A DNA stretch of 32,000 bases from Microcystis aeruginosa NIES-843 (GTDB taxonomy: Bacteria > Cyanobacteriota > Cyanobacteriia > Cyanobacteriales > Microcystaceae): positions 1,650,001-1,682,000 of the forward strand of contig NC_010296.1 of the NCBI RefSeq assembly GCF_000010625.1, given 5' to 3'. How positions within the stretch are numbered: position 1 is the stretch's first letter; the number at the start of each line of letters is the position of its first letter. The position numbers and the translations under genes were made by a program. The notes under the pieces are model-generated. The model had not been told where the DNA came from, searched no databases, and saw only the letters and a program-made list of their open reading frames with translations. Positions 15,809 through 24,115 of this stretch are shown here, piece by piece.

Positions 15809-15838
15809 AGTGATCGGTATGCCGATCACTTTTTTTTG
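15809..15838 (+). terminator. Intrinsic terminator
   Basis: AGTGATCGG-tatg-CCGATCACT (9-bp perfect stem) is followed by TTTTTTT, 40 nt after the small ORF stop. Confidence 0.8.
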
Positions 15839-15922
15839 GGCGAATTTTTTTAAAAAAATTGCTGATATCTCCACTGGCAATCCTTAAAATAGAAGGAACA
15901 GCAGTTTAGAGATCAAATAATT

Positions 15923-16087
15923 ATGGCTTTTTTTCGGCAATATATCGCTCCGCTCCTGACTATCTTCGTGTTTTTAGTTGCTCTGGTTGCCACCGGCATC
16001 CGGATTTTTTTACCGGCAGATTTAGCGGCACCCGCTCCGATCGAGCCATCCCTGGGCATAATTTTCTCTTATCCTTGGCATGGCTAA
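15923..16087 (+). CDS. Hypothetical 54-aa single-pass membrane peptide overlapping the GNAT start (not in the supplied track)
   Basis: Hand translation gives MAFFRQYIAPLLTIFVFLVALVATGIRIFLPADLAAPAPIEPSLGIIFSYPWHG*. Its stop overlaps the downstream start (ATGGCTAA, 8-nt overlap). Confidence 0.35.
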   Translation: MAFFRQYIAPLLTIFVFLVALVATGIRIFLPADLAAPAPIEPSLGIIFSYPWHG

Positions 16088-16535
16088 CCTTCCCGAAGAT
16101 TATCGGCTGCGACTGGGAAAAATGGGTGATCGCTATCTACTCATTAATTTTCTCACCCGCACCTATGAAGAATTTTTTCCCGAACAAAAAAACCTCTCCC
16201 ATCTAGCTGATACAGTCAGACAGTTTTTTGGCCTTGATACTCCCCTGTGGATCGTCGAAGGACAACAAACGGCGATCGCTTGTCTCTGGATGGGGAGCGC
16301 CGTCGATCAGGTGACAGGCGATCGCTATGGTCATATTTTTCTAATTTATGTCGATCCCCAGCATCGTCGCCAAGGTATCGCCAGCGCACTAATCGATCGA
16401 GCTAAGGATTGGGCAAAAAGTCGCGGACAAACCCGCATCGGTTTACAAGTCTTCATCAATAACGACAATGCTCTCAATCTCTACCAAAATCTCGGCTTTC
16501 AAACTCGCTCTTTGCTGATGTTGAAAAATATTTAA
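16080..16535 (+). CDS. GNAT family N-acetyltransferase
   Basis: 151 aa. The acetyl-CoA binding motif is HRRQGIASALIDRAKDWAKSRG (R/Q-x-x-G-x-A) and NDNALNLYQNLGF lies in the C-terminal part. Confidence 0.85.
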   Translation: MANLPEDYRLRLGKMGDRYLLINFLTRTYEEFFPEQKNLSHLADTVRQFFGLDTPLWIVEGQQTAIACLWMGSAVDQVTGDRYGHIFLIYVDPQHRRQGIASALIDRAKDWAKSRGQTRIGLQVFINNDNALNLYQNLGFQTRSLLMLKNI

Positions 16536-16540
16536 AAACT

Positions 16541-16725
16541 GTCAGGAGACAGGAGATAGGGTGATAGGGTTTTGGGGTGATAGGGTTTTGGGGTTTTAGT
16601 TCAATTTCCCCACTTCCCCACTTCCCCACCCCCCCAATTCATAATTCATAATTCCCACTTCCCCGCTTCCCCATCTCCCCAATTCATAATTTATAATTTA
16701 TAATTCCCACTTCCCCAACCCCAGA
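16541..16725. repeat. Composite short-repeat block: G-rich (GATAGGGTTTTGGGGT)x2 followed by C-rich (CCCCACTT)n and (AATTCATAATT)n units
   Basis: Direct reading. It starts immediately after the GNAT stop. Confidence 0.85.
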
Positions 16726-16883
16726 CATACCTATAGAGATGGCACTGTCAGCATTAATTATTCCTGATCGAGCCACAAAGGGTAAAATTTGGGAAACACT
16801 GCAATACACTGGCAGTCATCGTGGATAAAAACACGCTATTTTATTAACCTATACTAACCGCGCTTTAGGAGTCAGCAGTTTTC

Positions 16884-18890
16884 ATGGATTCCGTGACAAC
16901 CCTCCAATGTCAAAACCTAACCTGTCTATCCCCGAACGCTCTTACTAATAGATTCTGTGAAAAATGCGGTACTCCTTTAGTTAAGCGCTATTTATGGATG
17001 ATGGGTGATTGGGTGAGAACCTATTATCATGTTGGCGAGCTAATTGATAATCGTTATTTGGTCAAACAACCACAAATTGTTCTTGATACTAAACCCGCTC
17101 AAGCACCCCAAGCACCGGACGAACCTCCTAGCTGGATTTCCCTCTACCTAAAATTGTTACCCTTCCATCTCCACATTCCCCAAGTCTATGGCTATATTCC
17201 CAGTCCCGATGAACCCCTAAATATGGACATCTGGCTGTTGGAGTACGGCACTATTCCCCTCGATCAAACGGGAGAATTAATATATCCAGAACTATTGCCC
17301 ACTCTAGCCGAGGTTTGGTCGCAAGCTTCCGATTTAAGACAAATTCACTGGTTATGGCAAATGGCCAAACTCTGGCATCCCCTCCAGAAAAAAGCTCTGG
17401 TTTCTAGTCTGCTTAACCCTTTTCTGACGAGAGTGAATAATCAGCTGCTGCAATTGCTAGAATTAAGCAAAGATGAGGCCACCGCTCCCAATTTAAAAGA
17501 TTTAGGAGCTTTCTGGACCGGTCTGATCCCGACGGCAGCCGCTAATATTCAAGATTTTCTCGTATCCCTGACCCAAGAGCTAGAATCCGGTGATCTCGAT
17601 CGCCCGGAATCCCTGATCGCTATCCTCGATTATGCACTACAGCACTACGGTGGAGGTCAAGAACGCACCTATGAGATTTTTACCTGCACTGATACCGGTC
17701 TGATGCGGGAACACAACGAGGATGCCTGTTATCCCCCGACTAATCAGGCCATAACCCTCGCTCATGGTCAAAATCCCCTGGCGATTGTCTGTGATGGCAT
17801 CGGCGGTCAGGAAGGGGGCGAAATCGCTGCTCAATTGGCGATCGAAACCCTGCCTAGGGAAATTAATCGCAGTGCCACCACTGATATGGAAGTCTATCCC
17901 GATAGTCACAGTCTTGTCCTCGAACAGGCGATTCGTGTCATCAATGATCTGATCAGTCAACGCAATGATCAGGAGTCAAGACAAGATCGTCAGCGCATGG
18001 GTACGACTCTAGTTATGGCTTTTGCCCAGGCCCAGGAAATGTACGCGGCCCATGTGGGGGATTCCCGCATCTATTGGATTACTGCCCACAGTTGTCATCA
18101 AGTGACGGTGGATGACGATCTCGCTTCCAGGGAAGTGAAATTAGGCTATCTCCTCTATCGTGATGCCATACAGTATCCCAACGCGGGGGTCTTGGTGCAA
18201 GCTTTGGGCATGAGTAGCGCCAATAATCTCCATCCCACCGTTCAGAGGTTGATTATTGATCAAGATTGTGTTTTTCTCCTCTGTTCCGATGGTTTAAGTG
18301 ATTACGATCGGGTAGAACAATACTGGGACAGTGAAATTGTGCCTCTTTTGCGAGGAGAGAAAAATGTAACCGCCGTGGGGGAAAGTTTATTACAACTAGC
18401 TAACCAGAAAAACGGTCACGATAACTCCACCATCGCCCTAGTTTATTGTCGGGTAGTTCCTGCGGCTGAACCTGTCACGCCTTTAGTTTATGCTGAGGCC
18501 AAAGAACGGATTATTCCCGATCTTAATGACCAAGATTTTGATCACAGCGGGGACACCTACCCCGGAGAAGAAGTGGTGACAGCAATACCCACTCCCCCCC
18601 CTGCATCTTCTTCGGTTTCTAGTCGTACTTCTCCCCCCGCGCTCACTAGGGTTTCACCCCTAGTCGTAGTAGCGATCGCTGTCGGTGTTCTCGGTTTGCT
18701 GGCTGCGATCGCTTGGCAATTCCTGAGTCGTCATCCCGCTTCCAATCCATCGATTTCTCCCGCACCTGTCACCAGTCCGAGTCCCACGACCGGGACGACA
18801 CCTTCCGCACCTGTCACCAGTCCCACGACCGGGACGACACCTTCCGCACCTGTCACCAGTCCCACTCCCCCCAATGCTTCTCCTAACTAG
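16884..18890 (+). CDS. PP2C-family protein Ser/Thr phosphatase with an N-terminal zinc-ribbon, a C-terminal TM helix and a P/T/S-rich repeat tail
   Basis: 668 aa. The zinc-ribbon is CQNLTCLSPNALTNRFCEKCG. PP2C motifs are REHNEDA, VCDGIGG, MGTTLV, HVGDSRIY, LCSDGLSD and GHDNSTIALV. The TM helix is LVVVAIAVGVLGLLAAIAW and the tail carries PAPVTSP...TTGTTPSAPVTSP repeats. Confidence 0.85.
   Translation: MDSVTTLQCQNLTCLSPNALTNRFCEKCGTPLVKRYLWMMGDWVRTYYHVGELIDNRYLVKQPQIVLDTKPAQAPQAPDEPPSWISLYLKLLPFHLHIPQVYGYIPSPDEPLNMDIWLLEYGTIPLDQTGELIYPELLPTLAEVWSQASDLRQIHWLWQMAKLWHPLQKKALVSSLLNPFLTRVNNQLLQLLELSKDEATAPNLKDLGAFWTGLIPTAAANIQDFLVSLTQELESGDLDRPESLIAILDYALQHYGGGQERTYEIFTCTDTGLMREHNEDACYPPTNQAITLAHGQNPLAIVCDGIGGQEGGEIAAQLAIETLPREINRSATTDMEVYPDSHSLVLEQAIRVINDLISQRNDQESRQDRQRMGTTLVMAFAQAQEMYAAHVGDSRIYWITAHSCHQVTVDDDLASREVKLGYLLYRDAIQYPNAGVLVQALGMSSANNLHPTVQRLIIDQDCVFLLCSDGLSDYDRVEQYWDSEIVPLLRGEKNVTAVGESLLQLANQKNGHDNSTIALVYCRVVPAAEPVTPLVYAEAKERIIPDLNDQDFDHSGDTYPGEEVVTAIPTPPPASSSVSSRTSPPALTRVSPLVVVAIAVGVLGLLAAIAWQFLSRHPASNPSISPAPVTSPSPTTGTTPSAPVTSPTTGTTPSAPVTSPTPPNASPN
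18760..18866 (+). repeat. In-frame 39/45-nt perfect tandem repeat inside the PP2C gene tail
   Basis: CCGCACCTGTCACCAGTCC(GAGTCC)CACGACCGGGACGACACCTT starts at 18760, 18805 and 18844. It encodes SAPVTSP(SP)TTGTTP. Confidence 0.9.
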
Positions 18891-18960
18891 GGTTTGATGA
18901 AAAAGTTGTTCGTGGGGACAGGGTGTGGGGTGTGGGGTGTGGGGTGTGGGGTTTTACCTG
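18888..18960 (+). mobile_element. MITE family A, left part only (TAGGGTTTGATGAAAAAGTTGTTCGTGGGG-(GGGTGTG)n-GGGGTTTTACC)
   Basis: Collinear with 27632-27712. No matching right terminus was found. Its first three bases are the PP2C stop codon. Confidence 0.6.
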
Positions 18961-19036
18961 ATGATTAATCGGCTTGTCGGGGGTTGCCAGAGCGAGTTAA
19001 GATAAAATGCCCGATTAACTGCCGAGTCTATCATAT

Positions 19037-20086
19037 ATGGTTGATGCTGCGACATTCTCCTCCGACACCTCCGCGATCATTGATGCCTTTGAAACGCCTC
19101 TAGAGTTTAACTTTCAACTGCCGGATCCCGAAGATGAAACCATCCAAGATCATGACTTTCAGCAGCAACTGGATTCTTTTTGGCAAGTTTGCGATCGCTT
19201 TGATTTGCAAACGGAAATCTGGCGGGGGCGAATTTTGCGAGCTATTCGCGACCGGGAAAAGCAAGGCGGTGATAGTCGCGGTACAGGCTTTTTAAACTGG
19301 TTAAAACAGCGAGAAATCACTAAAAGTCAAGCTTATGCTCTGATTCAATTGGCTAATAGTGCCGATACTCTCCTGGCGGAAGGACAACTGGATCCCGATA
19401 GTATCAATAATTTTAGTAAACGCGCCTTCGTAGAAACGGCCAAATCTGCCCCCGAAATTCAAAAATTAGTCAGTGATGCAGCCCGACAAGGGGAGAGAAT
19501 TACCCGTCGGGAGGTGAAGCAATTGGCCGATGAATGGACAGCGATGAGTTCAGATTTACTACCCGATGAAGTGAAAGAAAAAGCCAGCGACGGCAGTTTA
19601 CCGGCGCGTCATCTCGCTCCCTTAGTGAAAGAATTAGAAAAGTTACCCGATACTCATATCGACACTCTCCGTCAAGAAATCGCCGCTAATCCCGATGTGG
19701 ACACGGTAAAATTAATCACCTCGGAAGCACGCAGCTTAGCCAAATATCTCGATGCGGCGGCCCAAGTACAAACTCTCCGACGGGGTAATTTAGATATCGA
19801 AATGGCTCTAGAAGAAGCTTTGCGCGTTGATTGTCTAAATACGGCGGCGGATCTGGTTAAACAAGCCACACAATTAGAGCAGGCCGTAGCTAAACTTTAT
19901 ACTACTTGGAAACGTTTAGGTAGTTTGTCCGATCGCCTCTATGTGGATACGGGAGCAAGTAATCCCCATCTGCGATCGATGTTAACCTGTTTGGAAAGTT
20001 TAACCAGTGAAGTGATCGAAGTAGAACTGGATGAAGGTGGCCAGAAAATGGTACGTTTACGCATTATCAGCGATGGGGGAAGTTAG
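19037..20086 (+). CDS. Hypothetical protein (acidic N-terminus, largely helical)
   Basis: The ORF is 349 aa and has no overlapping competing frame. I recognise no diagnostic motifs. Confidence 0.6.
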   Translation: MVDAATFSSDTSAIIDAFETPLEFNFQLPDPEDETIQDHDFQQQLDSFWQVCDRFDLQTEIWRGRILRAIRDREKQGGDSRGTGFLNWLKQREITKSQAYALIQLANSADTLLAEGQLDPDSINNFSKRAFVETAKSAPEIQKLVSDAARQGERITRREVKQLADEWTAMSSDLLPDEVKEKASDGSLPARHLAPLVKELEKLPDTHIDTLRQEIAANPDVDTVKLITSEARSLAKYLDAAAQVQTLRRGNLDIEMALEEALRVDCLNTAADLVKQATQLEQAVAKLYTTWKRLGSLSDRLYVDTGASNPHLRSMLTCLESLTSEVIEVELDEGGQKMVRLRIISDGGS

Positions 20087-20215
20087 ATGCTTTGTTGGTG
20101 GTTGCGTGTTGGGTGTTGGGGTTTGAGGGTGTTGGGGTTTTAGGGTTTTAGGGTTTTAGTGGAAATTCCCCTATCCCCCCCATTACCCTATTCCCCCATT
20201 CCCCTAACGGCTTGC
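20087..20215. repeat. G-rich block (GGTGTTGGGGTTT..., (GGGTTTTA)x3) followed by a C-rich block (CCCCTATCCCCCCCATTACCCTATTCCCCCATTCCCC)
   Basis: Direct reading. It begins at the first base after the stop codon at 20086. Confidence 0.85.
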
Positions 20216-20275
20216 TGCTATAATCTCTGATTATCCTCAACTTTTATGAAAACTTATTAACAGATACTTGACTTT

Positions 20276-21874
20276 ATGCTAAAAATCAAGGAAAAAAAAC
20301 CAATAATTAGCATCGGTTCCATAACTGCGGCGATCTTGCTCAGTTTAACCCTAATTCCTGCCGCTATAGCCAAGGATGTCCTTCTGAGAGTGGGCATTGT
20401 CCAACGTTTTGGCGATGAAGCCAAGGAAAAATTAACCCTGGGCAGTACCAGTGGTGATCATCTCACCCTGCGGGTGGTGGGAGAAGATGGCCAATCCCAA
20501 ACCCTGCAAACCAATCGCCTACAATTAGAAGTTATTCCCCGTCCCCTCGCTTCTCCCATCCTCCAAGAAAAAGTCATTTTGAGCGACCACGCCACCTTTG
20601 AAACCGCCGAAAATAGTGCCAAAAATTGGGCAAAAATGGGCATTAAAGTGGAAATTACCCAACCCGGACGCTGGCAGGTCTGGGCAAAGCGAGAAGTTTA
20701 TGAAAATCCCCTAGTGCGACGTTGGTTGCTGACCAGTTTGCAAACCAAAGGCCACAATCAACCCTATATTAATAGTGTTTTACTCAAAGAAAAGCCGCAA
20801 GTTTCTTTCCAGATCAACGGGGTGCGCTATTTTCCCAAAGAATTAGAAATCGAGAGCCAAAAAAACCTGATTCAAGTCACCCATAGCCCCGATCAGGTAC
20901 GTTTGTACGGGGGAACCATGCGCCTACAGCCCAACGCCTACGGCACTTTTACCCTAGTTAATAACGTTCCCCTCGAAACCTACCTGCGTGGGGTTGTACC
21001 CCACGAAATCGGTCATGATGCCCCGGAAAGTGCCACCCGGGCGCAAACTATTATCGCCCGCACCTACGCCCTCCGCAATCTCCGCCGTTTTCAAGCCGAT
21101 AATTACGAACTCTGTGCCGATACCCATTGTCAAGTTTATTATGGATTGACGGGAACTAATCCCCGGGCTGATCAAGCGATCGCAGCCACGCGAGGCCTGG
21201 TTTTAACCTACCAAAATGAGTTAGTGGATGCCCTTTATTCCTCTACCACCGGCGGAATAACTGCTCTCTTTAGTGATGTTTGGGATGGGGAGGAAAGACC
21301 TTATCTCCGGGCAGTGGTGGACTCCCCCAATCGAGTCTGGGATCTCTCGAAACAATCTCTCGCTAATGAGACAACTTTTCGCCAGTTTATTAATCTTAAA
21401 GATGGTTTTAATGAGACGGGCCGACGGGTTTTTCGCTGGCAAAAACAAGCTTCTTTAGCTGATTTGAGTCAAGACCTAGAAACCTATCTAAAACGCAGAA
21501 AACATCCCCTCGCCCATTTCCAGAAAATCCAATGGATGGAAGTGACTAAGCGCTCTCCTTCCGGTCGGATTCTGACTATGACTATTCAAACCGATAAGGG
21601 GATTTTGGAACTGCATAAAAATGAGGTGCGTAGTGCTTTGGGACCGCCTCGCAGTACCCTATTCTACATCGATCCTATCTACGATACCAATCGACAGATC
21701 CAGGGTTATAACTTTATTGGTGGCGGTTTTGGCCACGGGGTGGGATTAAGTCAATTTGGTTCCTATAATTTAGCCCGTTTGGGTTGGTCTCCCGAACAAA
21801 TTCTCGCTTTCTATTATCCCGGCACCACCATTCAACCTCTCAATAATTCGATTGTCTTTTGGCGAGGAAATTAA
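20276..21874 (+). CDS. SpoIID/LytB domain-containing protein
   Basis: 532 aa with an N-terminal signal/TM. LETYLRGVVPHEIG...AQTIIARTYAL...CADTHCQVY...ALYSSTTGGIT...GHGVGLSQFG is the SpoIID amidase-enhancer domain signature. Confidence 0.85.
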   Translation: MLKIKEKKPIISIGSITAAILLSLTLIPAAIAKDVLLRVGIVQRFGDEAKEKLTLGSTSGDHLTLRVVGEDGQSQTLQTNRLQLEVIPRPLASPILQEKVILSDHATFETAENSAKNWAKMGIKVEITQPGRWQVWAKREVYENPLVRRWLLTSLQTKGHNQPYINSVLLKEKPQVSFQINGVRYFPKELEIESQKNLIQVTHSPDQVRLYGGTMRLQPNAYGTFTLVNNVPLETYLRGVVPHEIGHDAPESATRAQTIIARTYALRNLRRFQADNYELCADTHCQVYYGLTGTNPRADQAIAATRGLVLTYQNELVDALYSSTTGGITALFSDVWDGEERPYLRAVVDSPNRVWDLSKQSLANETTFRQFINLKDGFNETGRRVFRWQKQASLADLSQDLETYLKRRKHPLAHFQKIQWMEVTKRSPSGRILTMTIQTDKGILELHKNEVRSALGPPRSTLFYIDPIYDTNRQIQGYNFIGGGFGHGVGLSQFGSYNLARLGWSPEQILAFYYPGTTIQPLNNSIVFWRGN

Positions 21875-21875
21875 G

Positions 21876-21910
21876 CAGTTATCAGTTATCAGTCATCAGT
21901 TATCAGTGAA
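21876..21910. repeat. (CAGTTAT)n heptamer array
   Basis: 5 units beginning 2 nt after the SpoIID stop. It is the reverse complement of the array at 22733-22767. Confidence 0.9.
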
Positions 21911-21979
21911 CAGGGATATCAGGAGAAAAAAGCTGACTGCTGACGGCTAAAAAATCGCCTTCATCTATTTGACTAAAAT

Positions 21980-22669
21980 TTACATCGGTAAACGCTGAAT
22001 ATCTCGGTTAGAACCAATCACCACCATGGCTAAATCCTTGTATAATCTTTCTTGGGGATTGGGGTTAATCTTGAATTTTTCCGCATTACCGACAGCGACA
22101 ATATTTAACCCATAACGATTACGAATTTCTAACTCTGCTAGGGTTTTACCGTGAAAAGCTTCCGGGACTTTTAACTCGACAATACTATGTTCGGGATCGA
22201 GATCAAATCGTTCTAAAATTGATGGTCTAGTTAAACGGTGCGCTAACTCACAACCGGCATCGTATTCGGGAAAAACTACTAAATCTGCACCAACTTTTTT
22301 GAGTAATTTTCCATGGATTTCTGTGGAGGCTTTAGCGGCGACAAAATTAACCCCTGCTTCCTTACAATTGAGAGTAGTAATGATACTTTCTTCCACGTAT
22401 TTACCAATAGCGACAATCACCGTATCGGTTTCAAAAATTCCCGCTTCTCGCAGGGCGTTAGGTTTGGTAGAATCAAGCTCGATCGCATTATCTACTATTC
22501 GATCGGATAACGCTTGTGCTACTAATCCTTCGTCAATATCTGTCGCTACCACTTGATAACCTTGTTTGCGTAAGGTTTCACAGACGGCGCGCCCAAATCT
22601 GCCTAATCCGATGACGGCAAATTGACGATTTTGGGGACGCATACTACTAAAAAATTTAATTGATTGCAT
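21980..22669 (-). CDS. ktrA: TrkA-family K+ uptake regulatory subunit (KtrA)
   Basis: 229 aa. The Rossmann motif is FAVIGLGRFGRAV...ATDID and a C-terminal RCK_C-like half follows. The start is more likely the internal Met at 22642 (MRPQNRQFAVIG). Confidence 0.88.
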   Translation of the reverse strand: MQSIKFFSSMRPQNRQFAVIGLGRFGRAVCETLRKQGYQVVATDIDEGLVAQALSDRIVDNAIELDSTKPNALREAGIFETDTVIVAIGKYVEESIITTLNCKEAGVNFVAAKASTEIHGKLLKKVGADLVVFPEYDAGCELAHRLTRPSILERFDLDPEHSIVELKVPEAFHGKTLAELEIRNRYGLNIVAVGNAEKFKINPNPQERLYKDLAMVVIGSNRDIQRLPM

Positions 22670-22732
22670 AATTTTAAGTTAAACTGTTACGCATTTAAAA
22701 TGCTAGTGTCAATGAGTGAGGAGACAGGAGAA

Positions 22733-22767
22733 ACTGATAACTGATAACTGATAACTGATAACTGATA
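22733..22767. repeat. (ACTGATA)n heptamer array
   Basis: 5 units in the ktrB-ktrA intergenic region. It is the inverse complement of 21876-21910. Confidence 0.9.
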
Positions 22768-22771
22768 TTAA

Positions 22772-24106
22772 TTATCCCACTAAAAGGTTTTCTTCGGGGT
22801 AATTAATAACTGTTGGTTTCGGATCGCCGATAATAGCCGCTATTAAAAGTATAACTCCCACCCGTCCCAAATACATCATAAAAACAATAATTAACTTAGA
22901 AATCGGTGATAAAGCGGCAGTTATACCCATAGATAGGCCGACAGTTCCAAAGGCAGAAACTACCTCAAAAAACAGCTGAATCATTTGAAAATCTGTCTCC
23001 ACAAATGAGATGGCTAGGGTGGAGATAATAATCGCTATAACCGAACCAAAAACCACCGCCATTGACTTTAAAATTAACGGCGTGGGAATGCGTCTTTGAT
23101 AGAGAGTCACTTCTTCACGACCTCTTAAAACCGAGCGGGTACAGTTATATAAAATCCTAAAGGTTGTGGTTTTAATACCGCCGCCTGTACCGCTAGGACT
23201 GGCTCCTATAAACATGAGAGCCATGGTAATTGATAAACCTTCTACGGAAATTTTACCGATATCAATAGTATTAAATCCTGCTGTTCTCGATGTTACCGAT
23301 TGGAACCAAGCAGCCAGCAATTTATCTTTAATTGATAAATTAGCCAAAGTGTCACCATTTCCCTGTTCAGTAAATAAAAAAGCCAATGTTCCCATCACTA
23401 ATAAAAATATAGTTGTACTGATAGCAACTTTATAGTTAAGAGAAAAAACAAAGCCTTTTCGTTTATATTGAAAGCGGTAAATAAACCAAGTGTAAAACTC
23501 GATAATTACCTGATAACCGATACCTCCAAAAATGATCAATCCTGTGATAGATAAGTTAATAATAATTGAAGACTGATAGGACATTAAGTTATCTTTAAAC
23601 AAGCCAAAACCCGCATTATTCCAAGCACTAATACTATGGAATAAAGATAACCACACCGCATATCTAAAATCATACTTTTGGGCGAAGACAGTTAACATAA
23701 CCAAAGTTGCTGTTAACTCAAAAACTAGAGTAGTAGCAATCACTGATTTCATTAAACTTTGACTACCTTGTAGGAAAGGTCGATCAAAGGATTCTTGAAT
23801 CGCTAACTTCTGTCTCAGGTCAAATTTTCGCCCAACTAATAACATTAAAAAAGTGGTAGTGGTCATATATCCCAAACCCCCCACTTGCACTAATAAAGCA
23901 ATAAATAATTGACCCCAAAAAGAAAAATAAGTACCCGTATCTACTACTGCTAAACCCGTGACACAGACAGCAGAAGTGGAGGTAAAGAGGGCAACAATTG
24001 GGTCATTCCAAGTGCCGCTAGTGGTAGAAACAGGCAACATCAACAGGGAAGTTCCCGCTAAAATTACCGCAATAAATCCCAAGCAAATTGTCCGGGCAAT
24101 CGTCAT
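22772..24106 (-). CDS. ktrB: TrkH-family K+ transporter membrane subunit (KtrB)
   Basis: 444 aa and polytopic. Repeated pore-loop glycine motifs (CVTGLAV, NNAGFGL, RTAGFNT, TVGLSMG) are typical of the Ktr/Trk/HKT superfamily. Confidence 0.9.
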   Translation of the reverse strand: MTIARTICLGFIAVILAGTSLLMLPVSTTSGTWNDPIVALFTSTSAVCVTGLAVVDTGTYFSFWGQLFIALLVQVGGLGYMTTTTFLMLLVGRKFDLRQKLAIQESFDRPFLQGSQSLMKSVIATTLVFELTATLVMLTVFAQKYDFRYAVWLSLFHSISAWNNAGFGLFKDNLMSYQSSIIINLSITGLIIFGGIGYQVIIEFYTWFIYRFQYKRKGFVFSLNYKVAISTTIFLLVMGTLAFLFTEQGNGDTLANLSIKDKLLAAWFQSVTSRTAGFNTIDIGKISVEGLSITMALMFIGASPSGTGGGIKTTTFRILYNCTRSVLRGREEVTLYQRRIPTPLILKSMAVVFGSVIAIIISTLAISFVETDFQMIQLFFEVVSAFGTVGLSMGITAALSPISKLIIVFMMYLGRVGVILLIAAIIGDPKPTVINYPEENLLVG

Positions 24107-24115
24107 ATAAATTCC

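Noticed and set aside
20130-20160. (GGGTTTTA)x3, identical to a eukaryotic telomere-type repeat
   Set aside because: It has only three units, is embedded in a larger bacterial G-rich/C-rich repeat block, and has no chromosome-end context. The resemblance is coincidental.
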